IMG/VR virus record: IMGVR_UViG_3300017747_003784
Span: 1-39,207 of that record
Source of the DNA: a virus
Lineage: Duplodnaviria; Caudoviricetes
Strand: one strand, 5' to 3'
DNA: 39,207 nt
The notes beneath the pieces were generated by a model. The model had not been told where the DNA came from, did not search any database, and worked only from the letters and a program-made list of their open reading frames with translations. The first letter of the stretch is position 1. Every line of letters starts with the position of its first letter. Positions 27,117 to 34,955 of the stretch are shown piece by piece. The position numbers and the translations under genes are program-made.

Positions 27117-28436
27117 TCACTCATCGTCGGAGCCACTTGCGAACGCCCGCCGTTTCTCATCGTAGGCGGATTGCACCTCATTAGGTTTGATCTTATGGGC
27201 ACGATTGGGTTCGTCGTAGTTTTCCATGAGGGGGCGGGGACGCATCGCAGCCCCATAGCAAGCGAGAGCGGCGGCCATAACACAGTCGTCGTTGTACCCG
27301 TCCGGTGCTGAATACTTGCACCCGGCACCGTTGGGGCGAATGACGTACTCAAACGCCTCTAACTCGGCCTGCATTACGTCGTTGTCGAAAATGAACGTGC
27401 CGGATTGGATGCAGACGGCTAGGTTTTCCATCAGTTTCTGCTTGCTGGGGGCAGAGAAGATGTACCCCTCGACCATCGGGCATCGTTTCAGCAGGTTATC
27501 GACAACCGCATCTCCCACGCCCGTAGAGTCCACCAGAGCCGGGGTTTCCCCGATTGAGTTGGCAACGCGGGTAGTGGTTTCGTCCCACGGGAGTTTGTTG
27601 AATCGGTCGAAGTCCACCATCTGCCCGGTTATGTCTAGGCCCACGTTTACCGTGTAGTCCTGTTTCTTGGCAAGGTCTACGCCTCGCTGATAGACGGGTC
27701 CGGGGTTTGCGATTGGTCGGCGTGCCTTGGCGATATGCGTAAGCCCAAAGGGATTGCCGCCGTCATCGGACGGGATGCACAGGTAGAGTTCGTTGAACAC
27801 CTGCTCCGGGTAGATTCGCTTGGCATCCTCGATTTCGGCGGCAGCGACCACGCCAGCGGCTACCGCGTCGTATGCGGTAATCTTGGCGTAGTGCATCCCC
27901 TCTTCGCCCGCCTTGGCTCGTTGTCCGAGTTTCCAGACCCAGTTCTTACGGCCCCGGACGTTGGAGATGATCCGAACCGGCCCACGGGTGGCCGTCAGGG
28001 TCGAGCGTACCGCGTGCCAAGACGGTTCCGGGCATCGGGTAGCCTCGTCAATGACAGCGGCCCAAACATCCTCACCGTACAGGCTATCGGGGTTGTCAGC
28101 CGACTTGAACCAGATCGTGCGCCCCTTGGACCCTCGCACCGTGACCGTCATCTTGGTCTTGTTGCACCCCCACGTAGCCTTCTGTGGGTCAGCCTGCAGG
28201 AGCATCGTGCAGAGCCGGGTGAACGCAATCTCAGCCTGCGGGAAGATCGGGGCAACCCACCAGCAGTTCTGGTTCGGCCCGGTCCCTTGGCAGGCCATTT
28301 CGTAAATCCACAGGATGCACGGGTAGGTCTTTCCGCACTTGGTAGACCCGTCCACAATCGCGTACCGCTGGGGGCACCACAGGGCATCGTGCTGGTATTG
28401 GGCCACCGCTGGCAGCGTGACCGTGACGTTACTCAA
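27117..28436 (-). CDS. terL: Terminase large subunit
   Basis: Walker A GSTKCGKT, WWVAP, Walker B VIDEA, nuclease GVDLAKKQDYT and DDCVMA. Confidence 0.95.
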   Translation of the reverse strand: MSNVTVTLPAVAQYQHDALWCPQRYAIVDGSTKCGKTYPCILWIYEMACQGTGPNQNCWWVAPIFPQAEIAFTRLCTMLLQADPQKATWGCNKTKMTVTVRGSKGRTIWFKSADNPDSLYGEDVWAAVIDEATRCPEPSWHAVRSTLTATRGPVRIISNVRGRKNWVWKLGQRAKAGEEGMHYAKITAYDAVAAGVVAAAEIEDAKRIYPEQVFNELYLCIPSDDGGNPFGLTHIAKARRPIANPGPVYQRGVDLAKKQDYTVNVGLDITGQMVDFDRFNKLPWDETTTRVANSIGETPALVDSTGVGDAVVDNLLKRCPMVEGYIFSAPSKQKLMENLAVCIQSGTFIFDNDVMQAELEAFEYVIRPNGAGCKYSAPDGYNDDCVMAAALACYGAAMRPRPLMENYDEPNRAHKIKPNEVQSAYDEKRRAFASGSDDE

Positions 28437-28767
28437 GTTTTGCTCGGACGGGTGGAGGGATGGTGATAACGGTTATGTCACCGGTCGGGATTCCCATATC
28501 GGCACGGCGCATCTTGTCCGCGTGCTGCTCGTCTGACAGGTTCATCATGTCCAGTTTGGCAACGGTCGCGGTGATGTCGTTGATCGCCCCAACGTCGTTA
28601 GCCATGACCGCAGCCGTGTGCGCCGCTTGGAGGGCCACCATGATCTGAGTCCGAAACTCCGGGGTGATGTTCCATCGGGGCATCCGGTGGAGTTCATCCG
28701 TGACCGTTCGCCTCACCGTGGCCCGGTCCCGCCGATTACCCATGTCCATGCTGCCGACGATGCTCAT
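28429..28767 (-). CDS. Putative terminase small subunit
   Basis: Helical 112-aa ORF overlapping the terL start; C-terminal ITVIT beta tail. Confidence 0.6.
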   Translation of the reverse strand: MSIVGSMDMGNRRDRATVRRTVTDELHRMPRWNITPEFRTQIMVALQAAHTAAVMANDVGAINDITATVAKLDMMNLSDEQHADKMRRADMGIPTGDITVITIPPPVRAKLE

Positions 28768-28789
28768 AAGTAAAGTCTATACGCTCCCC

Positions 28790-28987
28790 TTACCCCATAG
28801 GCACAATCGTATATCCCTCGATGCGGATGAAAGAATATGGAACATAACACCCAATCATGCGTCCGTTTGACTTGACTTTACTCACCCTTAAGTACCTACC
28901 CTCAACAGTTAGGTCTGACTTTGGATTGGGGGTATTCAAGACAACACCAACGAAAACGATGCGCCGAACCATTACAGTCCGGCGCAT
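28790..28987 (-). CDS. Small hypothetical protein (start uncertain)
   Basis: ORF fills the gap upstream of terS; lower GC than flanks. Confidence 0.4.
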   Translation of the reverse strand: MRRTVMVRRIVFVGVVLNTPNPKSDLTVEGRYLRVSKVKSNGRMIGCYVPYSFIRIEGYTIVPMG

Positions 28988-29017
28988 CGGAAAGCGAAGC
29001 AGTCTTGCCCGCTGTGG

Positions 29018-29764
29018 TTACTTGGGTCGCTGGTAGACCATCATCTGCTCCCCGTTGACGGTGCCGAGTTTGTAGGTATGTCCCTTGTCAATAATCGATT
29101 TCGGCTTACCGTCCGCTCCGAGATTGAGCGTTTCGATGCACGTTTCGCCGTCCCCAAGTTGCTTACCGTCGAGCGGGCCTCCGATAAACGGCGGGGCGAT
29201 GATCCCCGATAACTTCCGCGTAACGGTGGCAGGTTTGGGTGCTTTGGAGATGAAAACAAGATCGGATGCCGAATACCACCCCGAGCCGCTGCCAGCATAA
29301 AGGCGGCTTCCATCGTCGGCTTCTGAAACGGCGGTGATCGCCCATGTCCAGCCACGATAATGCACCAGATCGCCCACCTCAAACACGGGGGACGCGGGAG
29401 GGGCAACCTCAAGATTGGCGGGTGCCGAGCCGAACGGGGTTCCGGCCTCACCATCGAACGCTACCCAATGAATAAGCATTCCAGCCGCGTCCTCGTGGTT
29501 GACAACGTGCCCTGTCTTGTTTACGAGTTTGTGCCGAACCCGCGCGCCCTTCTTGAAAAACTGTTCGCCCTTCCCCGCCTCCCTCCGCTCATCCTCCCGC
29601 CCGAGGTTGTAGGCGGAGCGGATGCACTCACCCAAAGCAAATAGGTTTGCCGGGAACATCCATTCGTACCCATCGGTGTAGATGGACGTTGGGAGTCTGG
29701 TAAATACCCGTTCTTTGACCTTCTCAACCGTCACCCTGAACGTCATATCAGGAATACTTGCCAT
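29018..29764 (-). CDS. Hypothetical protein with tandem SH3/KOW-like domains and GGPLDG motif
   Basis: FKKGARVRH and FEVGDLVHY repeats; FIGGPLDG; AAGGGAAG RBS before ATG 29764. Confidence 0.7.
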   Translation of the reverse strand: MASIPDMTFRVTVEKVKERVFTRLPTSIYTDGYEWMFPANLFALGECIRSAYNLGREDERREAGKGEQFFKKGARVRHKLVNKTGHVVNHEDAAGMLIHWVAFDGEAGTPFGSAPANLEVAPPASPVFEVGDLVHYRGWTWAITAVSEADDGSRLYAGSGSGWYSASDLVFISKAPKPATVTRKLSGIIAPPFIGGPLDGKQLGDGETCIETLNLGADGKPKSIIDKGHTYKLGTVNGEQMMVYQRPK

Positions 29765-29904
29765 CTTGCTTCCCTTCTTAAAAGGCCAACGGTTCCCTCG
29801 ATTCAAACCCACCCGATCCCCTTCAGGACCGGGCGGGGCACCCGTGAGAAGCACCGAAGCCGTCCCCGCGCACCTAAGCAGCAGGGACAGGGGGGGGGTT
29901 GATT

Positions 29905-30045
29905 CTAGTCGGCACCTTCGGACCAGATAGAGCCGGGGCGATTGTTGAGCCAGTGTATCAGCGACGTTTGCCGGTGCTTGTAGGCCCAAGCGAGAAGGGC
30001 GTGCATTTCTTCGGCTGAGGTTGCGTAGTGGATTCGGTCGGTCAC
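29905..30045 (-). CDS. Small hypothetical protein (46 aa)
   Basis: GTGA coupling; TDRIHYATSAEEMHALLAWAY. Confidence 0.5.
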   Translation of the reverse strand: MTDRIHYATSAEEMHALLAWAYKHRQTSLIHWLNNRPGSIWSEGAD

Positions 30046-30398
30046 TGGCTGCCCTTTGTGGCTTTGATTGCCGCGTCGATTGCGTGGAGGAGGGTGGGGC
30101 CGGTGAACTGTGCATCGCAGTCTCCGTACCCAAGATGACGGTCGAGATAGAACAATCCAGAGGTGACAGCCGCCGATCCCTTGGTTACTCCGATGCAGTA
30201 GTGTTGCTTGCGTTCGGCTATCAACCACCTCAACCCGCTAACCGTCGCCAAGTCGATAGCGAGTTCCGTTGACAGCCGTGAGCCTTCCCCGTAGGGGTCG
30301 CCGTCATACCAGAATGCATCTGGCCCCCACTGCATATGCGGCGACTCCGCTTCCTTCGGCCAGCCGTCAACGATCACCGCCAGTTCGGTTGCGTTCAC
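30042..30398 (-). CDS. ABA-sandwich-like protein, paralog of 33436-33843
   Basis: ELAVIVDGWPKE...GLRWL...GPTLLHAIDAAIKA. Confidence 0.7.
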   Translation of the reverse strand: MNATELAVIVDGWPKEAESPHMQWGPDAFWYDGDPYGEGSRLSTELAIDLATVSGLRWLIAERKQHYCIGVTKGSAAVTSGLFYLDRHLGYGDCDAQFTGPTLLHAIDAAIKATKGSQ

Positions 30399-30733
30399 AT
30401 CGGCCTCCAAACTGAAAACCCATCGGACGGGTCGTATTGAACAAAGCCCTCATTCACCTTCTCAAACGGTTGCCATTGCTCACGGCTGTCGATTGGGTGC
30501 CGACCGATGCGGGTTGTCTCATACACCCTCTCCCGGTCAATCGCGGCGTGGTCGTAAAGCGGGCCTTGGATGACGTACCTTGCATCCTGCTCCATCGTCG
30601 GGAGTGATAGGCATGTCGAGCCGTCGATTCGCTGGAGGCCGTCTGGTACGCGGTCGGTTGGCCTGATGACTTTGCGGGGTACTTGGTCGTCCCACTCAAC
30701 TATCGACCCATCCCAAGGGATGTACTCTTTCAC
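30395..30733 (-). CDS. Hypothetical protein
   Basis: GTGA coupling on both sides. Confidence 0.65.
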   Translation of the reverse strand: MKEYIPWDGSIVEWDDQVPRKVIRPTDRVPDGLQRIDGSTCLSLPTMEQDARYVIQGPLYDHAAIDRERVYETTRIGRHPIDSREQWQPFEKVNEGFVQYDPSDGFSVWRPM

Positions 30734-30900
30734 TTTGCCACCCACTTTCGCCAAGGGTTGAACGGCGGTTCCGACTTGTAGCCCGCGTCGATCATCGTCC
30801 CCTGATTCTCCCCCATTTGCGGGGCGGTGTATTTGATCGGGCGCGGACCCTTGGGGCCGAACACCTCATTGAACAGTTTGAAGATTGCATCGACGTTCAC
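30730..30900 (-). CDS. Small hypothetical protein (56 aa; not in ORF track)
   Basis: MNVDAIFKLFNEVFGPKGP...PWRKWVAK; coupled on both sides. Confidence 0.6.
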   Translation of the reverse strand: MNVDAIFKLFNEVFGPKGPRPIKYTAPQMGENQGTMIDAGYKSEPPFNPWRKWVAK

Positions 30901-31142
30901 TTACAACCCCCCTTCCCGCCCCTCAGAGCGATTCCGAACACCCAATGGGCCGATGACCCCACCGAGAGGGCAAACGCGACCCTGAGGGCATTGGCGGGGC
31001 TTCCGCTGGCCTTCCAATATTCGGCTGTGTCGATGGCTAGGTAAACGGCACCGAAGGCGAGGGCAAGACCGAGCAGGGCGGTCAGGCCACGGTACAGGAG
31101 GGCGGTGAAGCCGTCGATGAATGAGTCGGGGTTCTTGGTCAT
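30897..31142 (-). CDS. Small two-TM membrane protein
   Basis: GAAAGGA RBS; two hydrophobic helices. Confidence 0.7.
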   Translation of the reverse strand: MTKNPDSFIDGFTALLYRGLTALLGLALAFGAVYLAIDTAEYWKASGSPANALRVAFALSVGSSAHWVFGIALRGGKGGCK

Positions 31143-31369
31143 TGGGTTCCTTTCATTGAGCGGAGAATGCGGGCGGTGTCGGCCTGTATCGCATCGGTTT
31201 CGGCAAACACCCCAAAGGTCGAGTAGTGGATGCCGAATGCGACGGCGTACATGGGCATCGTTATGGCGTGCGTCCACGATCCGTCATAGGCGGCGCAGAT
31301 ACCAAGGCCGATACACGCACCTACCAAGACAAGCAAAGTCCATCGGGCAATCTTGAAACTGAGTTTCAT
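31139..31369 (-). CDS. Small two-TM membrane protein
   Basis: GAAAGGA RBS; MKLSFKIARWTLLVLVGACIGLGI. Confidence 0.7.
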   Translation of the reverse strand: MKLSFKIARWTLLVLVGACIGLGICAAYDGSWTHAITMPMYAVAFGIHYSTFGVFAETDAIQADTARILRSMKGTQ

Positions 31370-31380
31370 CGGTTTTCCTT

Positions 31381-31560
31381 TCAGATTTCCCAATCGAGAA
31401 ACGTCACGATCAGGGAGACGGGGAGAAGTGCGGGCCAAACGACTAAGTAGCAGAAGGCAATCGTCGCGGGAATCCTTCCCCCTCCGATGTACTTCCTTGC
31501 AAACCAAGCCGATCCGACCCCACAAGCGAGGTACACGATAGAGGAGAGAATGATTATCAC
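31381..31560 (-). CDS. Small two-TM membrane protein (59 aa; not in ORF track)
   Basis: MIIILSSIVYLACGVG...FCYLVVWPALLPVSLIV; GTGA coupling. Confidence 0.65.
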   Translation of the reverse strand: MIIILSSIVYLACGVGSAWFARKYIGGGRIPATIAFCYLVVWPALLPVSLIVTFLDWEI

Positions 31561-31826
31561 TTCTGACCCTCCGGGGTGGTTGCGACTTCAACAAGCCGGT
31601 AAATCTTCCCGTTGTACCGAGCCTCTAGCGTGATGTCTGCGTTTACGTAAATCTCTATGTCCCCTTCCGTGACGTACGCGGTAATCGTCGCGCGGGGGAT
31701 GTCGGATGCGGACATAGACAGGTCGAACTGCGATACCGAAAGATCGTTCTTAAGGTCATACTCGCCGATTCGGAGTACGTCGTAGTTTGGGAACTTTCCC
31801 TTAAGCGTGAGTTTTCTTGCTTCCAT
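31557..31826 (-). CDS. Hypothetical protein
   Basis: Clean ORF with RBS in a coupled operon. Confidence 0.7.
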   Translation of the reverse strand: MEARKLTLKGKFPNYDVLRIGEYDLKNDLSVSQFDLSMSASDIPRATITAYVTEGDIEIYVNADITLEARYNGKIYRLVEVATTPEGQK

Positions 31827-31829
31827 CCT

Positions 31830-32024
31830 TCACTTCCTTTCGCTCAAGTTTACCGATACTTCCCGCTGGACAGTGTACGGCCTGTCCGACTTGCTCAGGT
31901 GAAAGCACCCACACTCCGAACATTCGTGGGGCCACAACTTCGGTGCCCCGTCCGCTTGCCGCAGTGCCGCGACTCTTCCCGCCGCTTCCGCTGTCTTGTA
32001 CGCCTTCTTTCGCTCGCAGTGCAA
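31830..32024 (-). CDS. Cys/His zinc-binding-like protein, copy A (TTG 32024; alternative GTG 32075)
   Basis: HCERKKAY..AEAAGRVAALRQADGAP.L.P.EC.ECGCFHLSK. Confidence 0.75.
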   Translation of the reverse strand: MHCERKKAYKTAEAAGRVAALRQADGAPKLWPHECSECGCFHLSKSDRPYTVQREVSVNLSERK

Positions 32025-32071
32025 GGTGGGTGCCTTTCGTGCTATGTGTTCGCCGGTATCTGTCCGTGGAT

Positions 32072-32695
32072 TCACGCAACGTAGCGGGAGGCTCGGACGC
32101 GGAGGGCGTGGTACAGATCGTGCCGCAGATTCTTGCACGTATCCCAGCCCATGCCCGTCGCGGCCTTCTGCTGATTGACCGACATTCCAAGCGAAACGAA
32201 TCGGGCTGTCTCTTGTAGTTCGGGCGGCATATCGGCTACCCACTCCCACAACTTCCCCTGAATCTCGGACCTTGGCGAGTTGTCGGGCCTCTCTGTGAAT
32301 ACCGGCGTTCCGAGGTGTACCCGCTTGGCGGTCTTGGCCTTGTGAGCGAACGCCCATCGGGTAGGGGTGTCGGTCTTGTGAAGGTCGGGAACACGGATCG
32401 GCCCCGTCCCCTCGTTGTGCTGACGGTGTACCTCTTGCTTAATCGCCCGCGTTGCGTAGGTGGACAGGGCGTACCCCTTGTCGGGGTCAAACGATTTGAT
32501 GCAGCGGATGAGCGCCTCGGTAGCGGCGTACAGGTGATCCTCGGACGCTGAACCGTGCGGCTTTACCTTGTTGATCGTGGTGCAGATCAGCCCAAGGTTC
32601 TCCTCAATCAACTGGTTCCGTGCCTCGATCGACCCGGCTTGGGCCTTTCGGACTAGGGCGGCTTGGTGTTCGCGGGTGTGGGTGGGTGCGGTCAT
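32072..32695 (-). CDS. Phage sigma-70-family RNA polymerase sigma factor
   Basis: AQAG..EARNQLIEENLGL, L..CI..FDPDKG..LSTYA.RAI and IRVP (region 2); degenerate region-4 HTH at the C-terminus. Confidence 0.9.
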   Translation of the reverse strand: MTAPTHTREHQAALVRKAQAGSIEARNQLIEENLGLICTTINKVKPHGSASEDHLYAATEALIRCIKSFDPDKGYALSTYATRAIKQEVHRQHNEGTGPIRVPDLHKTDTPTRWAFAHKAKTAKRVHLGTPVFTERPDNSPRSEIQGKLWEWVADMPPELQETARFVSLGMSVNQQKAATGMGWDTCKNLRHDLYHALRVRASRYVA

Positions 32696-32710
32696 TGGGT
32701 GCCTTTCGGG

Positions 32711-33145
32711 TTACGCGGTCTGCTTAAACAGTGACGGGTACATTTCTCGGGCTTCTTCGCTGGGTTCCTCAACCGATCTGATTTTTCGTTTTTTCCCCGT
32801 CCCCGTCTTTACCATCCGAACAGAGCCGTCTTTGGTCTTAACGAGCCATAGATATTCGTCCCCGATTCTCCTAACAAAGTTCGCCCTGTCCGCTTTAAGT
32901 AGCGCGCTCTCTTCGGCAAATGGATCTGCCTTTGGCGAAGATTCTGGGAGCGGATCTGGCATTTTTACTTTGGCGTTTAGGTTTAGTCGTACGGCCTTGG
33001 CCCTGTCCATCTTGCTTAAATGAAAACACCCACATTCAGGGCATTCGTATGGGTGGAGCATTGGGGCACCGTCCGCCTGTCGCATGGCCGCAACCCTTCC
33101 AGCCGCCTCCGCTCTCAGATATGCCCTCTTCCTATCACAATGCAC
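32711..33145 (-). CDS. Cys/His zinc-binding-like protein, copy B, with C-terminal extension
   Basis: HCDRKRAY..AEAAGRVAAMRQADGAP.L.P.EC.ECGCFHLSK. Confidence 0.8.
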   Translation of the reverse strand: MHCDRKRAYLRAEAAGRVAAMRQADGAPMLHPYECPECGCFHLSKMDRAKAVRLNLNAKVKMPDPLPESSPKADPFAEESALLKADRANFVRRIGDEYLWLVKTKDGSVRMVKTGTGKKRKIRSVEEPSEEAREMYPSLFKQTA

Positions 33146-33195
33146 GCTTCACCGACCTTTCGCAGTATCTCTTTCTCTGTCTGGAATCCGCGCGG

Positions 33196-33390
33196 TTATC
33201 GACGGCGTTCCCAGTACGGCTTCGGATTCCACGCCCCACAAGATGGACACTTCCATTGATTCGCTGCGTGATGCGTAACGACCCCGTAGAAGTCCTCACG
33301 GGCACGTACGATTCTGTGCTCTCCACCCACACGAAACGGATGCCGACCAAACCAGCACTTGATCCGGGCTACAACATTCATTTGACCCAT
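33196..33390 (-). CDS. Small zinc-binding protein (DUF1660-like)
   Basis: C.FG.H...C..CG; GAAAGGA RBS. Confidence 0.65.
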   Translation of the reverse strand: MGQMNVVARIKCWFGRHPFRVGGEHRIVRAREDFYGVVTHHAANQWKCPSCGAWNPKPYWERRR

Positions 33391-33435
33391 ACGGTTCCTT
33401 TCGGTTTCCGATGGTAGCGGGGGGGGCGGGGAGGG

Positions 33436-33843
33436 TCAAGTGGGGGTAGCGTCTTTCCCGGCTTGTGGTCCGTGCATCGCCTGAGCGTTGGCGATTGCCG
33501 ACCCAATGGCTAGGAAGTACGAAAGCCCCTCTCCCTCAATGATCAGCGACCCGTTGAGGCTGTAGGCCCGAACGCGGGTGATGCCGATTGCGTGCGGGTG
33601 TTGAATCCGCGTGTACCCCGCGCCCCGGCGAACGTCGATGAACGCCTCTAGCCAAAGCAGGCCCAAGTAGCAAGCCCGCTGTTTGATTTCCTCAGGGTCT
33701 ACCCACGAATCATCGACCATATCCGAATCGTGGTTGTTGGCAAAGAACGGTTCGCCCTTGCCGCGCGTGTAGAGCATCGGCAAATCGTACTGAATCTCTT
33801 TGGGCCACGTTTTCAGGATTGCGTCTAGTTCGGCGGCGGTCAT
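33436..33843 (-). CDS. ABA-sandwich-like protein, paralog of 30042-30398
   Basis: ELDAILKTWPKE...GLLWL...GLSYFLAIGSAIANA. Confidence 0.7.
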   Translation of the reverse strand: MTAAELDAILKTWPKEIQYDLPMLYTRGKGEPFFANNHDSDMVDDSWVDPEEIKQRACYLGLLWLEAFIDVRRGAGYTRIQHPHAIGITRVRAYSLNGSLIIEGEGLSYFLAIGSAIANAQAMHGPQAGKDATPT

Positions 33844-33847
33844 TGGG

Positions 33848-34075
33848 TCATTCTCCCCGGTCCCGTTGCTCTTGGGCGTAGTCGTCGTCTTTCCGGTTCC
33901 GCTCTTCGAGGGTGTAGATTCGCTCACTCAGGCTTGGCTCATCCGTGGCACCGTAAACCACCATGCGGAGGGTCGTTACCCGTGCCTCTAGGTCCACGAT
34001 CCGATCTGTAAGCGTGCCAAGAATCGCCATAAAATCAGGGTCCATCTTCACGGTAACGGTTGCTGTGTCTGCCAT
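33848..34075 (-). CDS. Small coiled-coil protein
   Basis: GAAAGGA RBS; RIVDLEARV and RIYTLEER heptads. Confidence 0.7.
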   Translation of the reverse strand: MADTATVTVKMDPDFMAILGTLTDRIVDLEARVTTLRMVVYGATDEPSLSERIYTLEERNRKDDDYAQEQRDRGE

Positions 34076-34089
34076 CGGATTCCTTTCGT

Positions 34090-34338
34090 TCAATAGGGCA
34101 CAAGTGCGGGAGTAAACGGGCATTCTTCGCCCGTGCGGTCGATTTCTGGTTCGGTGGGTGTTTCGGGTGGATTCACGGTGACGATTGGCTGCGTTGTGTG
34201 GGTTCGCTTTTCGGGGTGTTGCTCGCGGAACGTCCCCGCTGGATCGTGAATGTGACAGACCCACTTCCCCCGATACTGCCGGTCAGCGATGATCGGGCAT
34301 AGATGGCCCTTTTTCGTAGTGCTTTCGCAGTGTGGCAT
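34090..34338 (-). CDS. Small C3H zinc-finger protein
   Basis: C..TTKKG..C.........C..H; GGAG RBS before MPHC. Confidence 0.65.
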   Translation of the reverse strand: MPHCESTTKKGHLCPIIADRQYRGKWVCHIHDPAGTFREQHPEKRTHTTQPIVTVNPPETPTEPEIDRTGEECPFTPALVPY

Positions 34339-34463
34339 TTTTGAAGTCTCCGCCTTTTTTGGATTCAGGGCTTTTGAGATTGATTTGGTTTTGATGCGCG
34401 CTTGCGCTTTAGGAATCAGGAATGAATCCAAGACCATTTCTGTTCTTGAGTTCAGATTGGAGC

Positions 34464-34497
34464 GAAGGAAGAACCCTGAAAATAGGGCTCTTCCTTC
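34464..34497 (-). other. Strong 14-bp hairpin flanked by AAGAACAGAA direct repeats
   Basis: Minus strand GAAGGAAGAGCCCU-AUUUUC-AGGGUUCUUCCUUC; repeats at 34438-34447 and 34501-34510. Confidence 0.7.
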
Positions 34498-34567
34498 AAC
34501 TTCTGTTCTTCGAGACGAGTTGGTGGCTTCGTTGGCGTGTCGTTCTCACATTTCGGTAGGCAGGACC

Positions 34568-34805
34568 ACCGGGCGCGAACACGCATAACCCCGCACATTG
34601 ACGACCAACGCACGCAACCCGGTAGGTTCACTTCCGAGTCAGCACAGCAAGGGCCGATCCCTTACCGCGTTCATCTGCTGCCCCACACTGATGGATTGAG
34701 GCGCGCCCCGCTGTCTCACTTGGTAGCCGCCTGACAGCATTAGGCGAGTTCGGTTGTCCGAGAAAGGGCACTGCCTCCGGTTTCCCGGCTACAGCCCCTG
34801 AACCT
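34568..34805 (-). ncRNA. Putative multi-stem structured RNA of unknown family
   Basis: Non-coding gap; the 5' AGGUUCA pairs with UGAACCU and encloses five abutting hairpins; a second ACCGGG/CCCGGU domain follows; starts 6 nt after a -10 box. Confidence 0.55.
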
Positions 34806-34810
34806 GCCCA

Positions 34811-34840
34811 AGCCTAGGCACCCCGTTAAACGCCCGTCAA
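34811..34840 (-). promoter_or_regulatory. sigma70-type promoter for the structured RNA and leftward operon
   Basis: TTGACG-18 nt-TAGGCT. Confidence 0.5.
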
Positions 34841-34955
34841 GCCGTTTTAAGACGTTCCCGCCAGATTCTTTTAGACCGGGCCAACAGGGGGCTAGCCGAC
34901 CACCCAAGGCAGGTCATCGGCCCAAGGGGGATACGCTGGCGGGAACCAGACCTGT

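Noticed and set aside
34760-34798. GGGGCTGTAG start resembling tRNA-Ala or tmRNA
   Set aside because: No D-loop/T-loop (GTTCRA) or CCA acceptor end can be built
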